In this document: positions 37,789 through 48,900 of the stretch, piece after piece
Numbering within the stretch: position 1 is the stretch's first letter
Layout of the letters: each line of letters starts with the position of its first letter
Source: Macrostomum hystrix
Lineage: Eukaryota > Animalia > Platyhelminthes
Assembly (NCBI GenBank): GCA_950097015.1
Contig: CATNEN010000034.1
Span: 1,922,001 to 1,986,000 of the forward strand
Direction of reading: 5' to 3'
DNA length: 64,000 nucleotides
Notes under the pieces: generated by a model
Told to the model about the DNA's origin: nothing
The model's input: only the letters and a program-made list of their open reading frames with translations
The model's database searches: none
Translations under genes and position numbers: made by a program

Positions 37789-40700
37789 CTATCGCGTTGC
37801 TGCGTACTCGGCGCAGCAGCAGACGTAGCCGTTGGACGCGTGGCGCTGGTGCATATCTTTCGATGCACACTCATGGTGCAGCCATGAATCACAAAGATCA
37901 CATTGCAGCCAAGTTCCAGTCGCACTGGGTTCAGCTTCATGACAGCGAACGCACGAGTTGGTGGATTCTTCATTTTCTCTTTCCAAGTCTTTCCAGATGC
38001 AGATTCGAGCTCTGTTAAGAAATCCCTCCGTCGTTGGAAAGCACAAAGCTCGGAACTCGGTATCAACGGATGTTACTAGAACTTTCGCGTACAGACAGAC
38101 AAATACACCACAGCTATGACCATCAAACTGCAATGATCTCAACATTGATTTATTTTTATACGTACCTAAAATTTCTGGCATGTCTTCGCGAATACTGGCG
38201 GTGCTTTGGATTAGGTTTTGCCATAGTTTTATAAAATGTTTTGGTATCGACTTATCTGAGATAGGTTTTGTGTCTAGGACAGCTAATTCTTTGCGTGTTG
38301 TGTCAATATAGACTAAGTAGAAGTGGTCGTTCTGAAGGATCGGACAGATCAAACGGGTGCATTTGTTTGAAACTGTCGCTCTTAGCATTTCAATTGCAGC
38401 GCTCGAATCTCCTTTGCGAATGCAGCTAAAGAAGCTAGATGGTAGGTGGCCCGCTTTGCTGTTTGGGTTGCATACGCAAAGTAGATGTATGAATGAATTT
38501 ACTACTCCGACAGAAAGCCACTTTCCAGGTTCCAATGATTGTCTATCAAACTCAGTTAGGAAATCTCCAGCGCGGGTGCACCACACCTGTTCCCGTTCTG
38601 CTGTGCCTTGCTGCTTTCTATTCTTTGTCGCTGATTCTGTTCTCTGTCGCTTGTACTTTGAACGACTAACCCGCTCGGCCCTTCGCCACTCCTCGCGAGA
38701 AAAAGAAATATCTTCGTGCTTTCTCTTCCTTCCAGATAAAGTTGCTTTTCCCACTTTGTTGATTATGTCAAAGGCTGTTAATCTTGTTTTTAAATATTTT
38801 AACCGTCCGCAAATAAAACTCGACACGTTCACCCTGGAAGCCTTGCCGAACCTTGTTTTTCGAGATTTAACGTCAGAAAAGTACGATTCTACATAAGAGT
38901 TTGAAAACCAACTTTTATTCTTTCTGAAGCTCTTGATACTCCCGATGAAATGGCAGAACAATGGAGCTAAACTACACCAGTGCTTCAGCAAGTAAACCAG
39001 AAGTTTTGGTGAGTAATAGCTTTTAAATGGCCCGGCTGGCTCGTCGGTTGCATCAATACTTGCCTGTCGGGACTTAAAAAGAAAAATGTACGGAGAGCTT
39101 TCGCGCAGAGAAGCAAATCGAGAACTTTCGGCCTGCTCTTCCTTATTGTTATTTATTTCATCGTCGTTGTAGAGCAAATATTCTTCGTCCACGGGCTCAG
39201 TTTCCCAATTGTTAATCGCTGATCTTAATTCTTTCGGATCTCGCTGCCCTAAAAATGTATCTACAGTCAGACTCAAGGTAGTTTCAAACGCTTCAAAAGT
39301 CTCCTGATGCAATAAAAAAACGAATGCGCTAATAAATAATTCCCGCATAGCTTTACCTTCCGCAGTTTTAGACTTTAGTTGTATGCCATTAATGAACGCA
39401 CGGATTACGTGATTTGTGCAAATGAATGGAATCGTGTACTTGATTTGTTTCCCCATGCGTAACGCACAATGCGTATCAATAAGGTATTGCTCTAAGCTAG
39501 TGCCAAATGACTGGCATACCGAATGTAACATAGCCCAAGAGAAGTCCGTGACGATGACAGCGGGTAAATAGTCATGCGACATAATTGTACTGCTTGCTAG
39601 TGTGCCCAAATCTGCGCGGACAGAAAACAAAAAGTGTTGGATTGATTTGGTCCTATGCTCACTTGTTATCATTTCGGCCACAGGCACACCACGCGTCTGA
39701 CCGTTATCGGAGGGCATTGTCAGCGAGTAAAGAAATATTTGGCTACCTGCGAAATTCATTCTCTTGAAAATGCTTCCAGTGGCATCTAGATGTAAAACAC
39801 ACTGCGGCCTACTTGTAACAAGTCTAAGCTGTCTTTCGAGGTACAGATGTACATGAAATGGATGGCGAGACACAGCTTGAATGTATCCGCGTATACTCTT
39901 ACTCTCTGTGTCTGTTTCGCTCAGTATTCGTTGCAAAGCAGCAATTTCGACTTCAACATTTTTATGCAGCCGTTCTTCTGCGGCCACCAACCGCTTCGCG
40001 TTTACCCGCCGAATGGCATCCAAATTTTTCGATCGAGAAAAATCATTTTCCTTTATCTCTTTATCTGTCATTTCCGAGAGTAGTCTATCATGTACATCAG
40101 TTGGTGCTTCAGTTTCAAGTAGTTTTGCTATCCTTTCTGATTCTAATGGCGTCATTCTAGACATCGTTGGATGATTATGATTCTTCTCACCTTTAGAATT
40201 AACAACTACCTCCACAGGCTCATTTTCAGTTGGAAAATCTATAATTCTAAAATCGTGTACTATTTTGCATGCGGGATGCTGGCATAATGCGACCTGTTTT
40301 ACGAAATATTTTGGCTTTAGTGCTCTGAGATTTGGAAAGTTCACATATCGATTTTTAAATTTTAGAACACAGTTACTTGCTTCCACATTCAAAGAGCAAT
40401 ATTGTCGATAATTTTCACGAATGCAGTTTAGCCACCAAAGAGCGGTTCTCTGACATATCGAATGCATTTTTTCTCCCCGCCTGATAAAAAAGTTACTTTT
40501 CCACTGTCTCCAAGCTATTCGAAAATGAAAAATTAAATTAGTCATTGATTCGCTTTCACCACTCTCGAAATCAGCACCAACTTCAGCATTAGTAAAATCC
40601 CTTACTTCTGAATCATCACTCCCAGCATCATCACTCCCAGAAGCACTCATATCATCACTCCCAGCATCATCACTCACAGCATCATCTCTCCCAGCATCAA

Positions 40701-42417
40701 CACTCCCAGCGTCATCACTCCCAGCATCAACACTCCCAGCGTCATCACTCCCAGCTTCAACACTCCCAGCGTCATCACTCCCAGCTTCAACACTCCCAGC
40801 GTCATCACTCCCAGCTTCAACACTCCCAGCGTCATCACTCCCAGCATCAACACTCCCAGCGTCATCACTCCCAGCATCAACACTCCCAGCGTCATCACTC
40901 CCAGCATCAACACTCCCAGCTTCAACACTCCCAGCGTCATCACTCTCAGCGACATCACTCCCAGCGTCATCACTCCCAGCATCAACACTCCCAGCGTCAT
41001 CACTCCCAGCTTCAACACTCCCAGCGTCATCACTCCCAGCTTCAACACTCCCAGCGTCATCACTCCCAGCATCAACACTCCCAGCGTCATCACTCCCGGC
41101 ATCAACACTCCCAGCGTCATCACTCCCAGCATCAACACTCCCAGCGTCATCACTCTCAGCGTCATCACTCTCAGCGTCATCACTCTCAGCGTCATCACTC
41201 CCAGCTTCAACACTCCCAGCATCATTACTCCCAGAATCACTCATATCATCACCACCAGCATCATCACTTCCACGAGCAGGCCCCACAGAAGCAGCAACAG
41301 CACCACGGGCAGGCACAGCAGAAGCAGCAACAGCACGACGGGCAGGCACAGCAGAAGCAGCAACAGCACGACGGGCAGGCAGAACAGAAGCAGCAACAGC
41401 ACGACGGGCAGGCACAGCAGAAGCAGCAACAGCACCACGGGCAGGCAGAACAGAAGCAGCAACAGCACGACGGGCAGGCACAGCAGAAGCAGCAACAGCA
41501 CCACGGGCAGGCACAGCAGAAGCAGCAACAGCACGACGGGCAGGCAGAACAGAAGCAGCAACAGCACGACGGGTAGGCACAGCAGAAGCAGCAACAGCAC
41601 CACGGGCAGGCACTGCAGAAGCAGCAACAGCACCACGGGCAGGCACAGCAGAAGCAGCAACAGCACCACGGGCAGGCACAGCAGAAGCAGCAACAGCACG
41701 ACGGGCAGGCACAGCAGAAGCAGCAACAGCACCAGGGGCAGGCACAGCAGAAGCAGCAACAGCACGACGGGCAGGCACAGCAGAAGCAGCAACAGCACGA
41801 CGGGCAGGCAGAACAGAAGCAGCAACAGCACGACGGGCAGGCACAGCAGAAGCAGCAACAGCACGACGGGCAGGCACAGCAGAAGCAGCAACAGCACCAC
41901 GGGCATGCACAGCAGAAGCAGCAACAGCACCACGGGCAGGCACAACAGAAGCAGCAACAGCACGACGGGCAGGCACAACAGAAGCAGCAACAGCACCACG
42001 GGCAGGCACAGCAGAAGCAGCAACAGCACCACGGGCAGGCACAACAGAAGCAGCAACAGCACGACGGGCAGGCACAACAGAAGCAGCAACAGCACCTCGA
42101 GTGGATCTTACGACAGCAGATTTATGATAAGCAGTATTCTTACTTTTCGAAACAGAAGATTTTGACTTACCGAATATTTTACGCTGATAATACAGCCAGA
42201 CAACTCGACGGTTTTCAATAGTGTTCTTTGCTGAAAGCTTGCTCAGAATTTGCCCGCAAGCACCATAGGGACAGCGAAATGATTTGCGAAGGCACTCATC
42301 ACTATAGTCTTCAAAATATTCAGGCGACAGTTCAAAAAAAGAAATGCGTCGATTGTGGGTTGCTTTGCAAATGCAGAAAATTGAAAGTAAAGCAATGATG
42401 CGAAGACTGAAAATCAT
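37789..42417 (-). CDS. 1542-aa MULE/NOF-like transposase fused to Ulp1/C48 (SUMO-type) protease and PHD finger, with repeat-rich N-terminal extension
   Basis: Single open frame, aaccATG start, AATAAA ~30 nt past the stop. CQHPAC...HNH zinc-finger-like motif; LHLDATG (D1), VTDFSWA (D2), CTNH (CxxH), NSYVESYF (E). Protease: WLS..VVN, NDHFYLVYID, VLDT, QFDGHSCGVFVC (H-D-C triad plus Q). C-terminal C4HC3: CVRC...CDLCDSWLHHEC...CCC. Confidence 0.9.
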   Translation of the reverse strand: MIFSLRIIALLSIFCICKATHNRRISFFELSPEYFEDYSDECLRKSFRCPYGACGQILSKLSAKNTIENRRVVWLYYQRKIFGKSKSSVSKSKNTAYHKSAVVRSTRGAVAASVVPARRAVAASVVPARGAVAASAVPARGAVAASVVPARRAVAASVVPARGAVAASAVHARGAVAASAVPARRAVAASAVPARRAVAASVLPARRAVAASAVPARRAVAASAVPAPGAVAASAVPARRAVAASAVPARGAVAASAVPARGAVAASAVPARGAVAASAVPTRRAVAASVLPARRAVAASAVPARGAVAASAVPARRAVAASVLPARGAVAASAVPARRAVAASVLPARRAVAASAVPARRAVAASAVPARGAVAASVGPARGSDDAGGDDMSDSGSNDAGSVEAGSDDAESDDAESDDAESDDAGSVDAGSDDAGSVDAGSDDAGSVDAGSDDAGSVEAGSDDAGSVEAGSDDAGSVDAGSDDAGSDVAESDDAGSVEAGSVDAGSDDAGSVDAGSDDAGSVDAGSDDAGSVEAGSDDAGSVEAGSDDAGSVEAGSDDAGSVDAGSDDAGSVDAGRDDAVSDDAGSDDMSASGSDDAGSDDSEVRDFTNAEVGADFESGESESMTNLIFHFRIAWRQWKSNFFIRRGEKMHSICQRTALWWLNCIRENYRQYCSLNVEASNCVLKFKNRYVNFPNLRALKPKYFVKQVALCQHPACKIVHDFRIIDFPTENEPVEVVVNSKGEKNHNHPTMSRMTPLESERIAKLLETEAPTDVHDRLLSEMTDKEIKENDFSRSKNLDAIRRVNAKRLVAAEERLHKNVEVEIAALQRILSETDTESKSIRGYIQAVSRHPFHVHLYLERQLRLVTSRPQCVLHLDATGSIFKRMNFAGSQIFLYSLTMPSDNGQTRGVPVAEMITSEHRTKSIQHFLFSVRADLGTLASSTIMSHDYLPAVIVTDFSWAMLHSVCQSFGTSLEQYLIDTHCALRMGKQIKYTIPFICTNHVIRAFINGIQLKSKTAEGKAMRELFISAFVFLLHQETFEAFETTLSLTVDTFLGQRDPKELRSAINNWETEPVDEEYLLYNDDEINNNKEEQAESSRFASLRESSPYIFLFKSRQASIDATDEPAGPFKSYYSPKLLVYLLKHWCSLAPLFCHFIGSIKSFRKNKSWFSNSYVESYFSDVKSRKTRFGKASRVNVSSFICGRLKYLKTRLTAFDIINKVGKATLSGRKRKHEDISFSREEWRRAERVSRSKYKRQRTESATKNRKQQGTAEREQVWCTRAGDFLTEFDRQSLEPGKWLSVGVVNSFIHLLCVCNPNSKAGHLPSSFFSCIRKGDSSAAIEMLRATVSNKCTRLICPILQNDHFYLVYIDTTRKELAVLDTKPISDKSIPKHFIKLWQNLIQSTASIREDMPEILGTYKNKSMLRSLQFDGHSCGVFVCLYAKVLVTSVDTEFRALCFPTTEGFLNRARICIWKDLERENEESTNSCVRCHEAEPSATGTWLQCDLCDSWLHHECASKDMHQRHASNGYVCCCAEYAATR
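40612..41270 (-). repeat. In-frame 15-bp repeat encoding acidic AGSDD/AGSV(D/E) units
   Basis: Repeated catcactcccagc(a/g)/caacactcccagc inside the transposase ORF. Confidence 0.95.
41290..42092 (-). repeat. In-frame 33-bp repeat encoding AVAAS(A/V)VPAR(R/G), ~24 copies
   Basis: Unit gcaggcacagcagaagcagcaacagcac(c/g)acgg. Confidence 0.95.
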
Positions 42418-42982
42418 GGTTAAAAATACGCTCGTATATTGATATACTAGCAGACGATTGAAATCAGCTTTTCTGAAGGCTTTATACTCGAGAATTTATG
42501 CATGGCTTGTTCGGATAGGGATATGAGATAGCAAGCAAAAAGCATATAAAGCAGCTGATTGGATAGCCCAGCTACTAGTGTAAAACAGAGCACGGTACAC
42601 ACCCAAGTACACTTATTTTGTCAGGCATTAAATTAGCAATAAAGCATAAGGACAAAGCACTAATAACTAAATGCAATAGAGGATAAGCAATCGACACTAT
42701 AAAATTCGAAGCAACATGCACACATGAGGCTTGAAATCTCAACACTCAACTTCAAACGCTAAAGCCTCAAAAGCCGACAAACATAAGAGGGCATTAGTAC
42801 TTCAAAGAATAAAAAACAATAGCAAAAACCAGATCCAACATGCAAAATAAAGACCTATGTGCACGACAAGGCAAAAAATTATCCTGCATTACCAATTGCG
42901 CAATACATCTCAACACTTCACGCAACTCAACGCTGACAATACGCAGGCATCTCAGAGTGAGGGTGTTGTATTGTGCCCACTA

Positions 42983-45900
42983 TAAAATGGGAGATATCAG
43001 AGTGGGGGGGACTCGAGGGTCTACAACTCCGAGACGCGACTAGTCAGGGCTCTGAAATTTTACAGCCGTGTTCACAGATAATGTTTCCTTCCAGATCTGA
43101 GTTTTCAGCCTCGTCTGACCACCAGATTCAGTGAGGTGACGAAAAGTACTTTTAAAATGGGAGATATCAGAGTGGGGGGGACTCGAGGGTCTACAACTCC
43201 GAGACGCGACTAGTCAGGGCTCTGAAATTTTACAGCCGTGTTTACAGATAATGTTTCCTTCCAGATCTGAGTTTTTAGCCTCGTCTGACCACCAGATTCA
43301 GTGAGGTGACGAAAAGTACTTTTAAAATGGGAGATATCAGAGTGGGGGGGACTCGAGGGTCTACAACTCCGAGACGCGACTAGTCAGGGCTCTGAAATTT
43401 TACAGCCGTGTTCACAGATAATGTTTCCTTCCAGATCTGAGTTTCCAGCTTTTTTTGACCACCAGATTCAGTGAGGTGACGAAAAGTACTTTTAAAATGG
43501 GAGATATCAGAGTGGGGGGGACTCGAGGGTCTACAACTCCGAAACGCGACTAGTTAGGGCTCTGAAATTTTACAGCCGTGTTCACAGATAATGTTTCCTT
43601 CCAGATCTGAGTTTTCAGCTTTTTTTGACCACCAGATTCAGTGAGGTGACGAAAAGTACTTTTAAAATGGGAGATATCAGAGTGGGGGGGACTCGAGGGT
43701 CTACAACTCCGAGACGCGACTAGTCAGGGCTCTGAAATTTTACAGCCGTGTTCACAGATAATGTTTCCTTCCAGATCTGAGTTTTCAGCTTTTTTTGACC
43801 ACCAGATTCAGTGAGGTGACGAAAAGTACTTTTAAAATGGGAGATATCAGAGTGGGGGGGACTCGAGGGTCTACAACTCCGAAACGCGACTAGTTAGGGC
43901 TCTGAAATTTTACAGCCGTGTTCACAGATAATGTTTCCTTCCAGATCTGAGTTTTCAGCTTTTTTTGACCACCAGATTCAGTGAGGTGACGAAAAGTACT
44001 TTTAAAATGGGAGATATCAGAGTGGGGGGGACTCGAGGGTCTACAACTCCGAGACGCGACTAGTCAGGGCTCTGAAATTTTACAGCCGTGTTCACAGATA
44101 ATGTTTCCTTCCAGATCTGAGTTTTCAGCTTTTTTTGACCACCAGATTCAGTGAGGTGACGAAAAGTACTTTTAAAATGGGAGATATCAGAGTGGGGGGG
44201 ACTCGAGGGTCTACAACTCCGAGACGCGACTAGTCAGGGCTCTGAAATTTTACAGCCGTGTTCACAGATAATGTTTCCTTCCAGATCTGAGTTTTCAGCC
44301 TCGTCTGACCACCAGATTCAGTGAGGTGACGAAAAGTACTTTTAAAATGGGAGATATCAGAGTGGGGGGGACTCGAGGGTCTACAACTCCGAGACGCGAC
44401 TAGTCAGGGCTCTGAAATTTTACAGCCGTGTTTACAGATAATGTTTCCTTCCAGATCTGAGTTTTTAGCCTCGTCTGACCACCAGATTCAGTGAGGTGAC
44501 GAAAAGTACTTTTAAAATGGGAGATATCAGAGTGGGGGGGACTCGAGGGTCTACAACTCCGAGACGCGACTAGTCAGGGCTCTGAAATTTTACAGCCGTG
44601 TTCACAGATAATGTTTCCTTCCAGATCTGAGTTTTCAGCTTTTTTTGACCACCAGATTCAGTGAGGTGACGAAAAGTACTTTTAAAATGGGAGATATCAG
44701 AGTGGGGGGGACTCGAGGGTCTACAACTCCGAAACGCGACTAGTCAGGGCTCTGAAATTTTACAGCCGTGTTCACAGATAATGTTTCCTTCCAGATCTGA
44801 GTTTTTAGCCTCGTCTGACCACCAGATTCAGTGAGGTGACGAAAAGTACTTTTAAAATAGGAGATATCAGAGTGGGGGGGACTCGAGGGTCTACAACTCC
44901 GAGACGCGACTAGTCAGGGCTCTGAAATTTTACAGCCGTGTTCACAGATAATGTTTCCTTCCAGATCTGAGTTTTCAGCTTTTTTTGACCACCAGATTCA
45001 GTGAGGTGACGAAAAGTACTTTTAAAATGGGAGATATCAGAGTGGGGGGGACTCGAGGGTCTACAACTCCGAAACGCGACTAGTTAGGGCTCTGAAATTT
45101 TACAGCCGTGTTCACAGATAATGTTTCCTTCCAGATCTGAGTTTTCAGCTTTTTTTGACCACCAGATTCAGTGAGGTGACGAAAAGTACTTTTAAAATGG
45201 GAGATATCAGAGTGGGGGGGACTCGAGGGTCTACAACTCCGAGACGCGACTAGTCAGGGCTCTGAAATTTTACAGCCGTGTTCACAGATAATGTTTCCTT
45301 CCAGATTTGAGTTTTCAGCCTCGTCTGACCACCAGATTCAGTGAGGTGACGAAAAGTACTTTTAAAATGGGAGATATCAGAGTGGGGGGGACTCGAGGGT
45401 CTACAACTCCGAGACGCGACTAGTCAGGGCTCTGAAATTTTACAGCCGTGTTCACATATAATGTTTCCTTCCAGATCTGAGTTTTCAGCCTCGTCTGACC
45501 ACCAGATTCAGTGAGGTGACGAAAAGTACTTTTAAAATGGGAGATATCAGAGTGGGGGGGACTCGAGGGTCTACAACTCCGAGACGCGACTAGTCAGGGC
45601 TCTGAAATTTTACAGCCGTATTCACAGATAATGTTTCCTTCCAGATCTGAGTTTTCAGCCTCGTCTGACCACCAGATTCAGTGAGGTGACGAAAAGTACT
45701 TTTAAAATGGGAGATATCAGAGTGGGGGGGACTCGAGGGTCTACAACTCCGAGACGCGACTAGTCAGGGCTCTGAAATTTTACAGCCGTGTTCACAGATA
45801 ATGTTTCCTTCCAGATCTGAGTTTTCAGCTTTTTTTGACCACCGGATTCAGTGAGGTGACGAAAAGTACTTTTAAAATGGGAGATATCAGAGTGGGGGGG

Positions 45901-48900
45901 ACTCGAGGGTCTACAACTCCGAGACGCGACTAGTTAGGGCTCTGAAATTTTACAGCCGTGTTCACAGATAATGTTTCCTTCCAGATCTGAGTTTTCAGCT
46001 TTTTTTGACCACCAGATTCAGTGAGGTGACGAAAAGTACTTTTAAAATGGGAGATATCAGAGTGGGGGGGACTCGAGGGTCTACAACTCCGAGACGCGAC
46101 TAGTCAGGGCTCTGAAATTTTACAGCCGTGTTCACAGATAATGTTTCCTTCCAGATCTGAGATTTCAGCTTTTTTTGACCACCAGATTCAGTGAGGTGAC
46201 GAAAAGTACTTTAAAAATGGGAGATATCAGAGTGGGGGGGACTCGAGGGTCTACAACTTCGAGACGCGACTAGTCAGGGCTCTGAAATTTTACAGCCGTA
46301 TTCACAGATAATGTTTCCTTCCAGATCTGAGTTTTCAGCCTCGTCTGACCACCAGATTCAGTGAGGTGACGAAAAGTACTTTTAAAATGGGAGATATCAG
46401 AGTGGGGGGGACTCGAGGGTCTACAACTCCGAGACGCGACTAGTCAGGGCTCTGAAATTTTACAGCCGTGTTTACAGATAATGTTTCCTTCCAGATCTGA
46501 GTTTTCAGCCTCGTCTGACCACCAGATTCAGTGAGGTGACGAAAAGTACTTTTAAAATGGGAGATATCAGAGTGGGGGGGACTCGAGGGTCCACAACTCC
46601 GAGAAGCGACTAGTCAGGTCTCTGAAATTTTACAGCCGTGTTCACAGATAATGTTTCCTTCCAGATCTGAGTTGTCAGCCTCGTCTGACCACCAGATTCA
46701 GTGAGGTGACGAAAAGTACTTTTAAAATGGGAGATATCAGAGTGGGGGGGACTCGAGGGTCTACAACTCCGAGACGCGACTAGTCAGGGCTCTGAAATTT
46801 TACAGCCGTGTTCACAGATAATGTTTCCTTCCAGATCTGAGTTTTCAGCTTCTTTTGACCACCAGATTCAGTGAGGTGACGAAAAGTACTTTTAAAATGG
46901 GAGATATCAGAGTGGGGGGGACTCGAGGGTCTACAACTCCGAGACGCGACTAGTCAGGTCTCTGAAATTTTACAGCCGTTTTCACAGATAATGTTTCCTT
47001 CCAGATCTGAGTTGTCAGCCTCGTCTGACCACCAGATTCAGTGAGGTGACGAAAAGTACTTTTAAAATGGGAGATATCAGAGTGGGGGGGACTCGAGGGT
47101 CTACAACTCCGAGACGCGACTAGTCAGGGCTCTGAAATTTTACAGCCGTATTCACAGATAATGTTTCCTTCCAGATCTGAGTTTTCAGCCTCGTCTGACC
47201 ACCAGATTCAGTGAGGTGACGAAAAGTACTTTTAAAATGGGAGATATCAGAGTGGGGGGGACTCGAGGGTCTACAACTCCGAGACGCGACTAGTCAGGGC
47301 TCTGAAATTTTACAGCCGTGTTCACAGATAATGTTTCCTTCCAGATCTGAGTTTTCAGCTTTTTTTGACCACCGGATTCAGTGAGGTGACGAAAAGTACT
47401 TTTAAAATGGGAGATATCAGAGTGGGGGGGACTCGAGGGTCTACAACTCCGAGACGCGACTAGTTAGGGCTCTGAAATTTTACAGCCGTGTTCACAGATA
47501 ATGTTTCCTTCCAGATCTGAGTTTTCAGCTTTTTTTGACCACCAGATTCAGTGAGGTGACGAAAAGTACTTTTAAAATGGGAGATATCAGAGTGGGGGGG
47601 ACTCGAGGGTCTACAACTCCGAGACGCGACTAGTCAGGGCTCTGAAATTTTACAGCCGTGTTCACAGATAATGTTTCCTTCCAGATCTGAGATTTCAGCT
47701 TTTTTTGACCACCAGATTCAGTGAGGTGACGAAAAGTACTTTAAAAATGGGAGATATCAGAGTGGGGGGGACTCGAGGGTCTACAACTTCGAGACGCGAC
47801 TAGTCAGGGCTCTGAAATTTTACAGCCGTATTCACAGATAATGTTTCCTTCCAGATCTGAGTTTTCAGCCTCGTCTGACCACCAGATTCAGTGAGGTGAC
47901 GAAAAGTACTTTTAAAATGGGAGATATCAGAGTGGGGGGGACTCGAGGGTCTACAACTCCGAGACGCGACTAGTCAGGGCTCTGAAATTTTACAGCCGTG
48001 TTCACAGATAATGTTTCCTTCCAGATCTGAGTTTTCAGCTTTTTTTTGACCACCAGATTCAGTGAGGTGACGAAAAGTACTTTTAAAATGGGAGATATCA
48101 GAGTGGGGGGGACTCGAGGGTCTACAACTCCGAGACGCGACTAGTTAGGGCTCTGAAATTTTACAGCCGTGTTCACAGATAATGTTTCCTTCCAGATCTG
48201 AGTTTTCAGCCTCGTCTGACCACCAGATTCAGTGAGGTGACGAAAAGTACTTTTAAAATGGGAGATATCAGAGTGGGGGGGACTCGAGGGTCTACAACTC
48301 CGAGACGCGACTAGTCAGGGCTCTGAAATTTTACAGCCGTGTTCACAGATAATGTTTCCTTCCAGATCTGAGTTTTCAGCCTCGTCTGACCACCAGATTC
48401 AGTGAGGTGACGAAAAGTACTTTTAAAATGGGAGATATCAGAGTGGGGGGGACTCGAGGGTCTACAACTCCGAGACGCGACTAGTCAGGGCTCTGAAATT
48501 TTACAGCCGTGTTTACAGATAATGTTTCCTTCCAGATCTGAGTTTTTAGCCTCGTCTGACCACCAGATTCAGTGAGGTGACGAAAAGTACTTTTAAAATG
48601 GGAGATATCAGAGTGGGGGGGACTCGAGGGTCTACAACTCCGAGACGCGACTAGTCAGGGCTCTGAAATTTTACAGCCGTGTTCACAGATAATGTTTCCT
48701 TCCAGATCTGAGATTTCAGCTTTTTTTGACCACCAGATTCAGTGAGGTGACGAAAAGTACTTTTAAAATGGGAGATATCAGAGTGGGGGGACTCGAGGGT
48801 CTACAACTTCGAGACGCGACTAGTCAGGGCTCTGAAATTTTACAGCCGTATTCACAGATAATGTTTCCTTCCAGATCTGAGTTTTCAGCCTCGTCTGACC

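Noticed and set aside
40674-42165. Alternative-frame ORFs 40674-41240, 41241-42095 and 41905-42165
   Set aside because: These are shadow frames of the in-frame 15-bp and 33-bp repeats within the transposase ORF.
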